Part shown: in pieces, positions 1 to 8,928 of the stretch | Numbering within the stretch: the stretch's first letter is position 1 | Layout: every line of letters begins with the position of its first letter | Virus record (IMG/VR): IMGVR_UViG_3300033070_000552 | Location: 24,799 to 88,798 of that record | From: a virus | Lineage: Duplodnaviria > Caudoviricetes | Reading direction: 5' to 3' (one strand) | DNA: 64,000 nt | The notes under the pieces: generated by a model | Told to the model about the DNA's origin: nothing | The model's input: only the letters and a program-made list of their open reading frames with translations | Database searches by the model: none | Program-made: the position numbers and the translations under genes

Positions 1-2062
1 CGATCACCTCGACGCCATAGGGTTTAAGCCTGGCGACGATTCTTGCGAGCGTGCGGTCCTGGGTGGCAAGCTGGTGGATGCCCACGCCGTCGCCCATGCC
101 ATACTCACCAAGCACACGAGAGTCGTAGAAGTCCATCGCAAGCCCGTTCACCTCGGCGATGACCGACTTGACCGTTCGCTTGGTCCGCGCGGCGATCAAC
201 TCGGCACACGACGCGATGATCGTGCATGCTTCGAGCCCCAGGAAGTCGACCTTAAGCAACCCCGTCTCGGCGATGTCCTGCGCGGCCTGGCCCTCGCCCC
301 ACGCGGAGACGTACGCGGCCTTATCGCCCGAACCGATCTTGTCGATGGGGAGGTAGTCCACGAGCGGGCCGGGGGCGACGACGTATCCCGCCGCGTGCTG
401 GGTGCGGCCCCTGACACGACCGACCATCGCGAGCGAGTCCATCGCGGCCTGGCGGTGCTTCCCGAAGAACGTCTCAACGTCATCGGGCTTGGCGATCTTG
501 GCGATCTCCTCCTCGGCGTTCTTGAACGCAGCGAGCCGCTCGGACGGCGCGGCCTCGGCGAGCGAATGCTCGACCGACGGCGGGAGCGAGTCGGTAACCG
601 ACGATATCCGAAACGCCGCCTGCATGTCGGCCCCGGACATCTCGCACACGTCGCGGATCGCCGACTTGAGCCCGAAGGTGGAGAGCGAAGAGATACGGGC
701 GATCCGCTCCCGGTCCTTTCCGCCGTACTTGCCGCTGAACCACTCGATCAACTCCTCGCGGCGGGTGGTGTCGATATCGAGATCGAAGTCCGGGGCGTTG
801 GCGCGGGACGGATCGACGAACCGCTCGAAGAGAAGCCCGAAACGAACGGGGTCGACGCGGGTGATCCCGATCGCGGCGGCGACCAGAGACGCGCACCCCG
901 ACCCGCGAGTCCAGAGAAATATCCCACGGTCCTCGGCCTCGCGGGCGATGTCGGCGGTGACCAGATAGAAGTCGCTCATCCCGCACTTCTTGATGACGGA
1001 CATCTCGTGCTTGAGACGCTCGGCGTAGATCGATCGCTGGTCCTTGGGGGCGTACGGGGCAACCCGCTTTGCGAACCCCTCGACGACAGACTTGCGGAGA
1101 TCGCCGAACGGGTCCGACGACGTAACGCCCTGGGGGTTGATGTATCGCGGCGGGCGAAGCGCCCCGTCTCGCGGGTAGATATCGGCGGTGCAACGCGAGG
1201 CGAGCAGGACGGTATTCTCGGCGGCCTCGCGAATGAGCCGCTCGGGGACCCCGCACCTGGTGTCGCGGTTGAGCCGCACGGCGGCCTCGACGCCCGAGTA
1301 GTAGAGGTGCCGGGCCTCGACCTTGAACGCGTTGGGGTCGTCGACGGGAACCCGCCGCGAGACCGCGATCATCTCGTCCTGGAGCCTGGCGTCGCCCGCA
1401 CAGGCGTAGTGAACGTCCGATGTCAGGATCATCGGGATCTTGAGCTGGGCGGCCTCGCGGAGCAGGATCGCGTTCACGCGGCGCTGCTGCTCAAGCTCGT
1501 TGATATGGACCTCGCAGTAGAAGCGGTCCTTGAGAGCGTCCTTGTACTTGCCCAGCATGGCCCGGAGGGCGGGGATATTGCCCGCCGCCGCGTAGCGGCC
1601 GAACTGCGAGCCCAAACACGCCGTCGTGACGATCAGGCCCTCGGAGTGGCGAAGCACAAAGTCGGTGTCGGTGCGGGCCTGGTAGTGATACCCGTTGATC
1701 ACCGAGTCGTGGTTGATGCGGAGGAGGTTCTTCCACCCCTCGTCGTCCATTGCGATCGTCACGAGGTGCGAGTCGATGAACGTCGGGTCCATCGCCACCT
1801 TTTCCTCTTTGGTCAACCGCTTGCCGGTGGAGTTCGCGCGATCGTCATTGACGTACTGCTCGCATCCGAAGATCGGTTTGATACCGACCTTCCTGCACGC
1901 CCGCCGATGCTCGGGGAGCCCATAGAGGTTGCCGTGGTCGGTGATCGCAAGGGCGGGGTGCCCGGCCTCGGCCGCAAGCTCGGCGTACTCGCTCGATCGA
2001 CCCACGCCATCGAGAAACGAGCGGTCGGTGTGGAGGTGTAATTGACAAAACTTCTCCGCCAT
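1..2062 (-). CDS. dnaE: DNA polymerase III alpha subunit (DnaE-type), 3' end runs off the window
   Basis: Manual translation from ATG 2062: MAEKFCQLHLHTDRSFLDG...AITDHGNLYG (PHP domain), later TRGSG, PDFDLD (catalytic) and LLKVDFLGL. Frame still open at position 1, hence absent from the ORF track. Confidence 0.95.
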   Translation of the reverse strand, partial: MAEKFCQLHLHTDRSFLDGVGRSSEYAELAAEAGHPALAITDHGNLYGLPEHRRACRKVGIKPIFGCEQYVNDDRANSTGKRLTKEEKVAMDPTFIDSHLVTIAMDDEGWKNLLRINHDSVINGYHYQARTDTDFVLRHSEGLIVTTACLGSQFGRYAAAGNIPALRAMLGKYKDALKDRFYCEVHINELEQQRRVNAILLREAAQLKIPMILTSDVHYACAGDARLQDEMIAVSRRVPVDDPNAFKVEARHLYYSGVEAAVRLNRDTRCGVPERLIREAAENTVLLASRCTADIYPRDGALRPPRYINPQGVTSSDPFGDLRKSVVEGFAKRVAPYAPKDQRSIYAERLKHEMSVIKKCGMSDFYLVTADIAREAEDRGIFLWTRGSGCASLVAAAIGITRVDPVRFGLLFERFVDPSRANAPDFDLDIDTTRREELIEWFSGKYGGKDRERIARISSLSTFGLKSAIRDVCEMSGADMQAAFRISSVTDSLPPSVEHSLAEAAPSERLAAFKNAEEEIAKIAKPDDVETFFGKHRQAAMDSLAMVGRVRGRTQHAAGYVVAPGPLVDYLPIDKIGSGDKAAYVSAWGEGQAAQDIAETGLLKVDFLGLEACTIIASCAELIAARTKRTVKSVIAEVNGLAMDFYDSRVLGEYGMGDGVGIHQLATQDRTLARIVARLKPYGVEVI

Positions 2063-2295
2063 TATTCGCCCCCGTTATTTCGCCGTGAAATATCGGTCCG
2101 CTGCCACGGGTAGACGACGGGCGGCACGTCGATGGTGGGGTCGAGCCGCTTGGCGAGCCCGGCGGCGATAAACCGGATCAGCTTCAATGTTCTGGTGTTC
2201 TTGGCCAACTGCTCGCCCTCGCATTCGAGGTATTGTCCGGCCTCTTCGGCAAGTTCCATTACCAAGAGAACACATTGGGCCGATCGGTCATTCAT
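2062..2295 (-). CDS. hypothetical protein (77 aa)
   Basis: ATG 3 nt after the CGGGAACGTCT motif; TAA overlaps the dnaE ATG (TAATG). Confidence 0.6.
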   Translation of the reverse strand: MNDRSAQCVLLVMELAEEAGQYLECEGEQLAKNTRTLKLIRFIAAGLAKRLDPTIDVPPVVYPWQRTDISRRNNGGE

Positions 2296-2849
2296 GCTAG
2301 ACGTTCCCGCGAGAGATTAATCAAAGCCCCGGTGATCCGATCGCACGCGACGTAGACGTACCGCTCGCGAACGCGCCCAAACATAGCCATGCCCTTGATC
2401 ACGTCGCCGCATTTGATTCGCTCCCACCTGATCGTCAGCGTGAGTTTGAGCGTGTCGGCGTCGGGCACGACCTCCCACACGTTGTCGTGGCCGCCCACTG
2501 TGCCCGGGGGTAGCGGCCTAACAATCGCCCGCACGTCGCCGGACCTCTCGCCGTTTGCGGAGTAAATGTACGTCCCGGGCTTGGGCGGCTTGGACTTGAA
2601 GCTGGGGAGGTTGGACGATGGGTCGCGGTGGATCTCGTCGCTCGACTCGGGCGCGTCGAACTGCTTGCCGCACTTGTCGCAGACGTAGATCGGGAACTGC
2701 TCGCCCGGCACGCCCGAGGCGACAGCGACGATGTTCCCGGCGTAGACCTTGCCATCGCGGGATGGTTTCTTGTACGAGCCCCCGGCCATGTCGCACGGGT
2801 CGATCTTGTGGTGCCCGTAAACGGTCGGCGACTTCGCGGGCTGGCTCAC
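2292..2849 (-). CDS. hypothetical protein with CxxC (about 185 aa)
   Basis: 3' part of track ORF 2292..3041; GTG 2849 overlaps the exonuclease stop (GTGA); contains YVCDKCGKQF. Confidence 0.6.
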   Translation of the reverse strand: MSQPAKSPTVYGHHKIDPCDMAGGSYKKPSRDGKVYAGNIVAVASGVPGEQFPIYVCDKCGKQFDAPESSDEIHRDPSSNLPSFKSKPPKPGTYIYSANGERSGDVRAIVRPLPPGTVGGHDNVWEVVPDADTLKLTLTIRWERIKCGDVIKGMAMFGRVRERYVYVACDRITGALINLSRERLA

Positions 2850-3901
2850 ACAAACCCCATCGGTCTGAGCACGGTCTCGCACGTCTCGGCGGCGAACCCG
2901 TAGGTGCCCCGAAGCACGCGGGTGGCGTTCGCGAACGAGATCCGACGCTGGCAGTTGGCGATAGTGCCGACGATCGTTCGAGCGGCGGCGCTGGCGGCGG
3001 TTCCGCCCGACCACGCGGCGAGATCCATCTGCGAACGGCAAATTCGCGAGAGCGTGAACGAGAGGTTCGCGGCCTCGACGTTATTGGCAAGAGCCACGTC
3101 GACCGCGTAGGGCTTGGGCTTGGTGATCCGATCGCGGGCGTAGTCGATCGCGGCCATAAGCGAGCCGTGGGCCCCGATATAGGCCGACGCGGTTTTCTCG
3201 CCGAACTTGGGGACGCCGGGGATATTGTCGCCGGTGGCGGGCTCGCCCACCAACGCTTTCCAGTCGACGTACCGATCGGGCGTGAACGGGAATTGAGAGG
3301 CGAACTCCTCGGGGCCGACGAGCTTCTTAGAGACACCTCGCCACACCGAGACGTTGGGGCCGACGAGTTGATAGAAGTCCTTGTCGTCGGAGACGATGAT
3401 CGTTCGCGATGTCATGTTCGCGAGGGCCGTGCCGATCAGATCGTCGGCCTCGAACTGGTTGTGATAGACCTCGGGGAGCCCCAGGTGTTTCACGCCCTTG
3501 ATCGCGACCTCCATCGCGGCCTTGGTGCGCAGGGCCTCGGCGATCTCGTCGTCGGTCTTGGCGGCGTCCTGCCTGAGCTTGTACCCGGGGTGGACCTTCC
3601 GCTTGTTCTCGACGCCGCCGTCCCAAAAGAGCACGAATCGGTTGGTCCGAAAGATCGAGCAGCACGTCGCGACGATCTCAAGGAACCCGTGCAGGCCCCG
3701 CGTGTCCTCGCCGGTGGGGGAGGTAAGGCCGTCGCGGGTGTGGATCGCCCGGTAGACCGCATGGCGGGCGTCGAAGAACAGGGTCGTCTCGTTGACCGGC
3801 CACTCGGCGGTCTTGAGCTTGATCTCGCGGAAAGGGTCCTCGGCCTCGGGGAGGTGAACCTCGCCGAAGTCAACCTGGCGGGACGATGCGGTCTGGGTCA
3901 T
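2846..3901 (-). CDS. 5'-3' exonuclease / flap endonuclease (Pol I N-terminal, T4 RNase H-like)
   Basis: FWDGG...HPGYK, EADDLIGT, SDDKDFYQL, LVGE..GDNIPGVPKFGEKTA motifs. Confidence 0.93.
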   Translation of the reverse strand: MTQTASSRQVDFGEVHLPEAEDPFREIKLKTAEWPVNETTLFFDARHAVYRAIHTRDGLTSPTGEDTRGLHGFLEIVATCCSIFRTNRFVLFWDGGVENKRKVHPGYKLRQDAAKTDDEIAEALRTKAAMEVAIKGVKHLGLPEVYHNQFEADDLIGTALANMTSRTIIVSDDKDFYQLVGPNVSVWRGVSKKLVGPEEFASQFPFTPDRYVDWKALVGEPATGDNIPGVPKFGEKTASAYIGAHGSLMAAIDYARDRITKPKPYAVDVALANNVEAANLSFTLSRICRSQMDLAAWSGGTAASAAARTIVGTIANCQRRISFANATRVLRGTYGFAAETCETVLRPMGFV

Positions 3902-3922
3902 GGGCTGGCCTCGCTGGATATT

Positions 3923-4114
3923 TCATGGTGAAATAAAGGGGATGGTTTCGGGCTCCGGTCGATATCGCAGGGGTGTCGGGGTGGACTTGAATGGAAGGCG
4001 GGCGGTGACGACCCGCCGTGGGTTGGTGCTCCTTCGATCCGGCATCCGGGAATCGAACCCTTCTTCCATCACGATATCTACGCGCCACACGGGTGGTAAT
4101 TTCGATTCGGCCAC
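3923..4114 (-). CDS. hypothetical protein (63 aa)
   Basis: GTG-start ORF whose stop lies inside a palindromic motif. Confidence 0.4.
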   Translation of the reverse strand: MAESKLPPVWRVDIVMEEGFDSRMPDRRSTNPRRVVTARLPFKSTPTPLRYRPEPETIPFISP

Positions 4115-4366
4115 CCGCCTTCAATGGTCCCCGATCACCCGTCGATGATCGAGCCCCAACAGTCCTCCGCGTCGGCGAACCGGCGCTACGTCTTGTTCCT
4201 GTCCCCGAAACTACGACCTCGGTTATCTATCACGGGCTCGCCTGATTGCTCGGTGAGCTTGCGCGACACTTGACGAGATCCAGACGTTTCACCCTCGGGG
4301 TTGGCGGGGTGGGGGCTTTGCGGACCCCTCTGGACTGCGATAGACGTTCCCGCGAGCGGCGATCCC

Positions 4367-4403
4367 AAAAATGAAAGAATGCCCGGGGGAGGCCCTGGGC
4401 ATT
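4367..4403 (-). terminator. intrinsic terminator downstream of the tRNAs
   Basis: Minus strand AATGCCCAGGG-loop-CCCCGGGCATT followed by CTTTCATTTTT. Confidence 0.7.
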
Positions 4404-4445
4404 AAAGATCGGCTTTGAATCCGCCGACAGGAGTTGGTGCTGTAA

Positions 4446-4517
4446 TTGCGGGGCTTGGATTCGAACCAAGGACCATCGGATTATGAGACCGATATTCTGC
4501 CGCTGAACTACCCCGCA
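4446..4517 (-). tRNA. tRNA with CAT anticodon (elongator Met or Ile2); CCA not encoded
   Basis: TGCGGGG/CCCCGCA acceptor, GTTC/GAAT D stem, loop CT-CAT-AA, T arm CTTGG-TTCGAAT-CCAAG. Lacks initiator features. Confidence 0.9.
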
Positions 4518-4518
4518 A

Positions 4519-4592
4519 TGCGAAGGGGAGGACTCGAACTTCCGGCCTTCGGGCTTTTACACCCGACGCTCTACCAACTGAGCTACCTTCGC
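4519..4592 (-). tRNA. tRNA-like gene with atypical 8-nt anticodon loop (identity undetermined)
   Basis: GCGAAGG/CCTTCGC acceptor, GCTC-AGTTGGTA-GAGC D arm, TCGGG-TGTAAAAG-CCCGA anticodon arm, GGAAG-TTCGAGT-CCTCC T arm. Confidence 0.8.
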
Positions 4593-4713
4593 ACAAAGAC
4601 CCGGATCGACAATGTGGTTTTCGAGACTTCAATAACCGTGTAGTCCCGCGAGGCATTCGATCCGAGACGCCAGAATAATACCCGGGAATTCGGGCGAGTC
4701 TAGTTTGGCTGAA

Positions 4714-6474
4714 TCACTTCGACCTCAGGAACGCCCGCACCGCCCCAAGATCCACCGGGGCCGAGTCGAGTTCGTCGACCGAATCCTCCCCGTAAACCTG
4801 ATCGGAGAGGTCCCGTTTCTTTTGCACGAGCCCCAAGAAATACCGATCGATCGGCGCGTACGCGAACCCCTCGGCGACGTACGAGATTACCAGCACCGAC
4901 TTGGCCTTCTGGCCGATGCGGGCAACGCGACCCACCCGCTGCCTGAGCTTGGCGTGGTTCCACGGAAGGTCGAGGTTCACGACGACCGATGCGTCCTGGA
5001 GGTTGAGCCCACGAGCCATCGCCTCGGTGCCAATGAGGATTCGGCCAAGCCCGCCCGGGGAGCAGAACCTTCGACGGATGTCGTCCCGCTGGGCCATCGA
5101 CACGCCGCCGTGGATCATGTACGGCCGGAACTTCGAGAGGCGGATCGCCGCGAACACCGCACACTGGCGGTACTTGGTGAAGATCAAGACCCGCTGGCTC
5201 GATATCTCGCCGTCGAGCAGCTCGATCAGATCGTCGAGTTTGGCCGACTCGGACTTAGGGTTGGTGAGATCGGCGGCAAGGGCCGCTCGCTCGACGGCGG
5301 CGAGCCGGGCGAGCCCGACGGCCCCGGTCTCGTCGTTGGTAACGAACCCGTCGGCGGAAGCCTTGTAGGCGATCCGCTGGGCCTTGCCCGCCGTGACGCT
5401 ACGAACCTCGGAGACGACCCGGGGTATCTCCGACCCTACGTCCTCGTGCCGACGCCCAAACCAGCTCCCGGCCAATCGTAGTCGAAGCTCGGGCATGTTC
5501 CGCGTACCTATCTCGGTTCCGAACTTGGGGTGGAGGTCGAGGTACCGGGTGGAGAAGCAGTCGAATGACCCTAGCACCGGCTCGTCGACGACCGACATCT
5601 GACCGAAGGTATCCGAGAGCTTGTTCTCGATGGGGGTGGCGTTGGTGGCGATCACGAACGAGAGCCCGCGACAAAGAGCCCGAGCCCGGCGGGTGGTCAT
5701 CGATTCGTGGTTGGCGAACGCCGACGACTCGTCAAGGATCGCGCCGACGGAGCGGGCGAACAGTGCCTCGATCGGCTTGGCGTATTGGGGAAGTCTGAGC
5801 ATCTGATGGTGGATCACGTAGACCGTCGCGCCGGGCCTGAGGCGATAGAGGCGTTTATCCTTGTCGCCCGAGACGGCGGAAACTAATCCCGGAGCATCGA
5901 GGGCGAGCACGAAGCGTCGAAGCTCGTCGTACCACTGGCCGACGACCGACGGCGACGACGAAACGATAATCGGCTTGGAGGCCGAGCACAACCCCTCCTC
6001 GATCATGCGGGCGATGATTCCGCAGGCTTGAGGCGTCTTGCCCAGACCCACGTCGTCCTTGAGAATCTGCCCGCGAGAGGTGCGGTTGGGGTCGATCACC
6101 CGAGACCAAAGCCGATCCATCCCCGCGAGCTGGTACTGACGTGGCTTGTACTCGGGCGAGAGCAGGGACGCCCACGGATAGTCGGTGGTCCGCTTGGTGA
6201 TCGCGAGCTTGTCGGCGGTGAGCTTGGCCTCGGTAAGCCATCGACGAACGCGGGCCTTGGTTCGATCGTCGGCGAATCCCGCAAAGCCGGGGAACTGCAT
6301 GAGGATCGGCACGGCGGTGATCGAGAACGCCGCGTCCTCTCCGGGCACGCACCACGCGTCGGTCCACGGGAGGTACGTCTCGTTGATCGCGTTTTGGGTA
6401 TCGGGGGCGGAGTCTTTGAGCACGACCATATTGAGCCGTCGGGCGCGGGGGTCGGCGGGGAGGGCGATCTTCAC
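4714..6474 (-). CDS. SNF2-family (SF2) helicase
   Basis: DDVGLGKT (motif I), ILDES (II), ATPIEN (III), RVLIFT, GLNLQ.A..V...DLPWN...QRVGRVARIGQ. Confidence 0.93.
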   Translation of the reverse strand: MKIALPADPRARRLNMVVLKDSAPDTQNAINETYLPWTDAWCVPGEDAAFSITAVPILMQFPGFAGFADDRTKARVRRWLTEAKLTADKLAITKRTTDYPWASLLSPEYKPRQYQLAGMDRLWSRVIDPNRTSRGQILKDDVGLGKTPQACGIIARMIEEGLCSASKPIIVSSSPSVVGQWYDELRRFVLALDAPGLVSAVSGDKDKRLYRLRPGATVYVIHHQMLRLPQYAKPIEALFARSVGAILDESSAFANHESMTTRRARALCRGLSFVIATNATPIENKLSDTFGQMSVVDEPVLGSFDCFSTRYLDLHPKFGTEIGTRNMPELRLRLAGSWFGRRHEDVGSEIPRVVSEVRSVTAGKAQRIAYKASADGFVTNDETGAVGLARLAAVERAALAADLTNPKSESAKLDDLIELLDGEISSQRVLIFTKYRQCAVFAAIRLSKFRPYMIHGGVSMAQRDDIRRRFCSPGGLGRILIGTEAMARGLNLQDASVVVNLDLPWNHAKLRQRVGRVARIGQKAKSVLVISYVAEGFAYAPIDRYFLGLVQKKRDLSDQVYGEDSVDELDSAPVDLGAVRAFLRSK

Positions 6475-6665
6475 CCGATCCTGTCCGTATGGATCTGCCC
6501 GACCTTGGCGATCTGCACGTCGGTCATCCGAAAGTCGGGGCCCATCGCCTCTAGCTTGCGGGCGAGCCCGTCGACGAACTTCACCTCCCAGTCGGTGAGC
6601 CCGTCCTCAAGGTCAATCAGTTCCTTGAGCATCTCGATCGCGGATTGGAGTTTGGGATCGGGCAT
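6471..6665 (-). CDS. hypothetical protein (64 aa)
   Basis: MPDPKLQSAIEML... from ATG 6665; stop overlaps the helicase GTG. Confidence 0.6.
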   Translation of the reverse strand: MPDPKLQSAIEMLKELIDLEDGLTDWEVKFVDGLARKLEAMGPDFRMTDVQIAKVGQIHTDRIG

Positions 6666-6703
6666 GGGTGATATCCCTGCGATATCGGGGTGGGGGGTGG
6701 GGG

Positions 6704-7186
6704 TCACTCGATCGGAATCCGGCACGCCTTCTCGATCTCGGGCGGCAGAAGATAGTACCGGCACGGGAGGTTGTTGCGGTGGGCGTACACGAGCCGGTGG
6801 TTGCCGTCGATAATGATCCGGCTGCCGACCGACTCGGGGGCGGCACCGATGTCGGGCGGGATGTCGATCGCGTAGAGCGGGCGTGCGAGGTGGGCCGCGT
6901 CCATGCACCGGGCGTACCCCTGGTCGACGTACCCGATCGTGACGGGGTTGGCGGCGACGTAGTGGCGAACGTCGGCGAGCGGCATGGGGTGAACGAGTTT
7001 GTTGAGCACCGACTCGGGGAGCTTGGCGAGGGCCTCACGGATCATGTCGATCGACCACCGAATATGGCCGCCGCCGGGGAGGCCAAAGTCGTAGACCTGG
7101 CCCGAGGTCTTGGCGATCACGCCCGCCTCGATAAGCGAGTTGGTGACGTGGTCGAGGTGGTCGAAGTTGGAGGGTCCCTGGGTCAT
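6704..7186 (-). CDS. ParB/Srx-like domain protein
   Basis: IIIDGNHRL motif; ATG 3 nt after CGGGAACGTCT. Confidence 0.55.
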   Translation of the reverse strand: MTQGPSNFDHLDHVTNSLIEAGVIAKTSGQVYDFGLPGGGHIRWSIDMIREALAKLPESVLNKLVHPMPLADVRHYVAANPVTIGYVDQGYARCMDAAHLARPLYAIDIPPDIGAAPESVGSRIIIDGNHRLVYAHRNNLPCRYYLLPPEIEKACRIPIE

Positions 7187-7201
7187 GCGAGACGTTCCCG
7201 C

Positions 7202-7441
7202 CTACGCCCTGTGCCGCATGCGGTTCGGCTCGATCGCGGGAGCGGGCTCGCTTTCGGTAGCCCACACCTCGACGGTCGATGCCCGGTTGCCGCAGGCGAT
7301 ACACGAGCGGCGTCGACGGATCGTCCGCCCCGACTTTGAGGGTCTGGAGTTGACGACGGTCGTGATCCCGCCGCACTGTGGACATGGCATCGATTGCGGG
7401 TTCTTCCGCATCCTGGGGGTTGTGATAATGGTGTCGCTCAT
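7202..7441 (-). CDS. NrdR-like zinc-ribbon protein lacking the ATP-cone
   Basis: MPCPQCGG.TTVVNSRP...RTIRRRRSCIACGNRASTVE matches the NrdR N-terminal pattern (CP.C...V.DSR....IRRRR.C..C..RF.T.E). Confidence 0.75.
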   Translation of the reverse strand: MSDTIITTPRMRKNPQSMPCPQCGGITTVVNSRPSKSGRTIRRRRSCIACGNRASTVEVWATESEPAPAIEPNRMRHRA

Positions 7442-7998
7442 GATGTCATTGCGTCGAGGTAAACGTGCAGCGCGTCGCGGATCATCTCGTCCCGCCCGTC
7501 CAAGAGGGCGGCGATCCCGACCTTGGCAAGCTCGCTGAACCTCGCGCCCTGGAGCTTGCCGTCGGATGTCATTACCCGGGCGGCCGAGACCGCACCAGAC
7601 GGATCGACGACCGAGTTAATCGCGGTGCGGAGAAACCCCTCCATGAACAACCGGAGCCGCAGCGCCCGATAGTCCGCGAGAAGCTCGTCGGGAGGGTTGA
7701 TCGAAACGATCGACTCAAGCTCGTCCCGAAGTGATGTCATGTGCGCGGTCACGAGGTTCTCGGTTGGGTCGAGAACGACCGCCCCGCCCGATACCTTCCC
7801 GAGCGACGACGACGGCCGCTTGCCGTCGAGGTACGTCATCATCCTGCCCACGATCGGGACCATGAGCCGTCCCGACGACTTAAGCGTGTACGCCCGCTCG
7901 TACGCCGGGTGCTTGACCCGTGGTCCGGGTCCGCAGTCGGTGGCGGTCTTAAGCGGGAGGGGGAATACCGGGGGATGATTTGCGGTGCTTGGAATCAT
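7438..7998 (-). CDS. hypothetical protein (186 aa)
   Basis: ATG 3 nt after CGGGAACGTCT; ATGA coupling to next gene. Confidence 0.65.
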   Translation of the reverse strand: MIPSTANHPPVFPLPLKTATDCGPGPRVKHPAYERAYTLKSSGRLMVPIVGRMMTYLDGKRPSSSLGKVSGGAVVLDPTENLVTAHMTSLRDELESIVSINPPDELLADYRALRLRLFMEGFLRTAINSVVDPSGAVSAARVMTSDGKLQGARFSELAKVGIAALLDGRDEMIRDALHVYLDAMTS

Positions 7999-8320
7999 GC
8001 GAGACGTTCCCGGGAGGGAGTTCCTTGCGTGGTCGCGGATCGGGGATCTGCTCGTCGGGCCCGAGGAGGATATTCCGGGTGAGGTAGAACGGAGTCGAGA
8101 TCAGGGCCTTGACCACAACGACCGCCTCGGACCCAAACCTCCGCTCGATCGCTTGATATGTCGACTCGCGGGTCTTGGGCCTGATGAACTCGTCCGAGAA
8201 CCGGCAGGCGTCGAAGCCGAGGGTGGAGGAGAGGTACTTCCGCACGTCGATCTTGAAAGCGTCCTGAAACCGAGCCGCGAGGCTCTGGTGGTGGAATGGG
8301 CATCGGGCGATGTTGGTCAT
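7949..8320 (-). CDS. hypothetical protein
   Basis: 123-aa ORF in the gene run; overlaps the next gene by 50 nt. Confidence 0.5.
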   Translation of the reverse strand: MTNIARCPFHHQSLAARFQDAFKIDVRKYLSSTLGFDACRFSDEFIRPKTRESTYQAIERRFGSEAVVVVKALISTPFYLTRNILLGPDEQIPDPRPRKELPPGNVSHDSKHRKSSPGIPPPA

Positions 8321-8323
8321 GGG

Positions 8324-8608
8324 TCACCACCTCGCCCATGAACGGAAGGTGTCGGCCATCCGTTGCATCCACCGGATCTCGGCCTGGGGCGAGAGAACCT
8401 TCGAGGCCCCAAGGCTCGTCGCGATGTAGGCCCGCCGATCGGGTCGACCACCGCAGTCCTGAACGAGCCCGAGTTTCTCCGCTCGATAGAGCGTGTCGCG
8501 GAACCGCTTGCCGACCGTCCATCGATACTCGTTGATCTCGATGTACCCCTTCTGGAGAAGGATGCGGACCACGTCCTCGACGGCGAGTTCTTTCCGCTTG
8601 GTGTTCAT
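8324..8608 (-). CDS. hypothetical protein (94 aa)
   Basis: MNTKRKELAVEDVV... ATG 8608 overlaps the upstream TGA. Confidence 0.55.
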   Translation of the reverse strand: MNTKRKELAVEDVVRILLQKGYIEINEYRWTVGKRFRDTLYRAEKLGLVQDCGGRPDRRAYIATSLGASKVLSPQAEIRWMQRMADTFRSWARW

Positions 8609-8883
8609 ACTCCAAGCTCCTTCCGTTTGGCGTCCCACGCCTCGTCGGTCGGTACGTCGATGAACCCCATCGAGGCGAACACACGAAGCTGAATATCGCG
8701 AGCCCCTCGACACAACCGCTTGCCCTCGGGCCATCCCGATGAGTGGCACATCTGCGAGGCATCGGAGAGAATCCGCTTGGTGACCGACGCGGCGACATCC
8801 TGGCACCCGCCGTCGGCGAACGGGCACGTCTTGCACTTGGTTGGCATGACTGGGGTCTTGGATATGTCGTACCGCTTGGACAT
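8605..8883 (-). CDS. small Cys-rich protein
   Basis: CKTCPF...MCHS...RLCRG; ATG 4 nt after CGGGAACGTCT. Confidence 0.65.
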   Translation of the reverse strand: MSKRYDISKTPVMPTKCKTCPFADGGCQDVAASVTKRILSDASQMCHSSGWPEGKRLCRGARDIQLRVFASMGFIDVPTDEAWDAKRKELGV

Positions 8884-8928
8884 CGACAGACGTTCCCGTG
8901 ATCGGACCTCCGATATTTCATGGTGAAA

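Noticed and set aside
4120-4260. tmRNA-like GGGGCT...TCGACGGG on the minus strand
   Set aside because: No matching T-arm/CCA end or tag frame found.
4279-4334. Hammerhead ribozyme (GAAAC in a three-way junction)
   Set aside because: The CUGANGA core is absent.
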